IMG/VR virus record: IMGVR_UViG_3300045988_079610
DNA from: a virus
Reading direction: 5' to 3' (one strand)
Length of the DNA stretch: 64,000 nt
The notes under the pieces were generated by a model that had not been told where the DNA came from, did no database searches, and saw nothing but the letters and a program-made list of their open reading frames with translations. A program made the translations under genes and the position numbers. This document shows positions 62,549-64,000 of the stretch, piece after piece; within the stretch, counting starts at the first letter, position 1; the number at the start of each line of letters is the position of its first letter.

Positions 62549-63448
62549 ATGAAACAAATTGATATTGACCGTATGGTTGATGCTCGGAATATGTCTCCTG
62601 AGCATAAGAATATTCTTAGAAAAGCTTTAGGTTATGCTGCTGGCGAAGGTCGTAAAGAAATTCAAGAAAAACTTGATTCTCTTGATAAAGAAGTAGGTAA
62701 TATTTTAAGTAATTTAGGTTCTACTCTTGGTGCTGTAACTCTTGAAATTGGAAATGATGAAGGAGTTAAATCTAGAAACCTTGCTAAACTTAAAACTGTT
62801 ACTAATCATGATTCTTTCTTTACAAATATTAATTATGGTTTTGGTACTGCTTCTTGGAATAATAATACAGGTGGTGTAGCATTTATTATTACAACTGGTG
62901 GTACAGCTAAACCTTATAGTATTAATGCTGATGGTTCTGTAGCAGGTGGTATAAATGTAGATTTGACTAATCCTAATACTGAAGTATTTGTTATTCTTGG
63001 TGATAATGAAGAACTTCCTACTAATGAATCTGAAATTAAAGGTAAGATTTATTGTAAAAAGAATAATTCTAGTACTGCTGGAGATAATCAATATAATGAA
63101 TATATTTATGTTAAAAGTACTAAGAAATGGGAGAAAGTTGGCGAATTTCAAGCTGAACCTGATTTAAGTGGTTATGCTAAACTTAGTGGTGCTAATTTTA
63201 CTGGTAATATTAAATCTTATAATTGTTATATGCAAAATTTAATAACACAATATATACAAAAAAATGGTTTAGGATGGTATCTTAAGTCTGGAGACAATAA
63301 CAGCAATTTTAATACTCTTGCTTATATATCAAATGGTTATTTAGCTGATATAGGTACAGAAGAATCATTTGTATTTACTTTAGAAGATGGTTCTACTGTA
63401 ACTAAATCTATTAGAGTTATTTCTACAATTAATCAAGCTGGAGCTTAA
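62549..63448 (+). CDS. tail-fibre-like protein
   Basis: YAKLSGANFTGNIKS, a variant of the tail-fibre LSGGxMTG signature. Confidence 0.55.
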   Translation: MKQIDIDRMVDARNMSPEHKNILRKALGYAAGEGRKEIQEKLDSLDKEVGNILSNLGSTLGAVTLEIGNDEGVKSRNLAKLKTVTNHDSFFTNINYGFGTASWNNNTGGVAFIITTGGTAKPYSINADGSVAGGINVDLTNPNTEVFVILGDNEELPTNESEIKGKIYCKKNNSSTAGDNQYNEYIYVKSTKKWEKVGEFQAEPDLSGYAKLSGANFTGNIKSYNCYMQNLITQYIQKNGLGWYLKSGDNNSNFNTLAYISNGYLADIGTEESFVFTLEDGSTVTKSIRVISTINQAGA

Positions 63449-63457
63449 GGAGGTATT

Positions 63458-64000
63458 ATGGATTTTAGTAAAGTAACATCATTACAAATACCTGAAGGTA
63501 ATGTAACTAAAATACAAGACAAAGAAGGTAATATTCTTTGGGCTAATATTAATAAAGTTGCTTATGGAGTTCGTTGGGATTCTGTTAATCAAGCTACTAC
63601 TGCTTGTGAAAGAATTGGTAATCTTGAGCTTCATAAAACTCTTCCTATTCAAAGTAGATTTAAAGTCTGTATTCATAAAGGTAAAGAAATTCAATATTAT
63701 TGTAATCCTGATGATAGTAGATTTAGAGAAGATAATACTGGATATATTATTAGAACTCGTGTTAATACTATAAAAGCTTTAGATCCTATTATTGAAGGAG
63801 ATAATAATAATGTAAAGATAAGAGCAACAATTACTAATGATATATTTGCTGATTATAAATATCTTTATGGATATATAAAAATATTAAATGCTATTACAAC
63901 TAATATTGTAAATGGTAAATTTGAAACTATAGAAGTTATAGGTAAAATAGTAAAAATAGATACTACTACAAAAACCGCTACTATTCAAACAGATAAAATA
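63458..64000 (+). CDS. tail-associated hypothetical protein, 3'-partial
   Basis: ATG 63458 preceded by TAAGGAGGT. 181 codons open to the window edge, so it is absent from the track. Starts MDFSKVTSLQIPEGNVTKIQDKEGNILW. Confidence 0.75.
   Translation, partial: MDFSKVTSLQIPEGNVTKIQDKEGNILWANINKVAYGVRWDSVNQATTACERIGNLELHKTLPIQSRFKVCIHKGKEIQYYCNPDDSRFREDNTGYIIRTRVNTIKALDPIIEGDNNNVKIRATITNDIFADYKYLYGYIKILNAITTNIVNGKFETIEVIGKIVKIDTTTKTATIQTDKI

Noticed and set aside
1-64000. Lysogeny module or prophage boundaries.
   Set aside because: No integrase, recombinase, repressor-like pair or att-like junction was recognised. Gene packing is continuous phage sequence on both edges.

Overview
AT-rich (by eye about 30% G+C) dsDNA phage segment. 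Gene content and layout match a crAss-like (Crassvirales) podophage of Bacteroidota; this is inference from motifs I could read, with no database search. Layout: (1) 1-8957 (+) is the 3' part of a giant late ORF that runs off the left edge. It is followed by a convergent gap holding a tRNA-Gln(UUG) and terminators. (2) 9671-41161 (-) holds about 55 tightly packed early/middle genes: thioredoxin-like, dUTPase, DUF932-like, P-loop kinase, PLC-like phosphodiesterase, ThyX, ATP-dependent DNA ligase, Toprim primase, HNH endonuclease, SSB, RecT-like, SF2-helicase-like, family B DNA polymerase, UDG-like and SF1 helicase, then many small ORFans. (3) 41162-42581 is a 1.4 kb ORF-free divergent region with direct repeats, AT-rich tandem repeats and a GC-rich, probably structured segment. 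(4) 42582-64000 (+) is the late block: PD-(D/E)XK nuclease, DUF2829 (Tad2-like), lysis cassette, TerL, portal, MCP, head/tail proteins and tail-fibre-like proteins. The last ORF runs off the right edge. The most unusual signal is not a gene. It is a 17-26 bp GC-rich motif family (core CTACGGG plus a G-run) present 18 times on both strands. Copies lie at gene boundaries and are also written in-frame into nine ORFs. Other oddities: a codon-optimal ORF interrupted only by 4 TGA and 1 TAG; two codon-optimal ORFs that begin ATA-GCN with no canonical start; a terminator family with compensatory stem changes; repeated leader elements; and a compositionally atypical first early gene bracketed by direct repeats. 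No integrase, CRISPR array or rRNA was seen. All functional calls rest on motifs read by eye and need HMM or structure searches to confirm.
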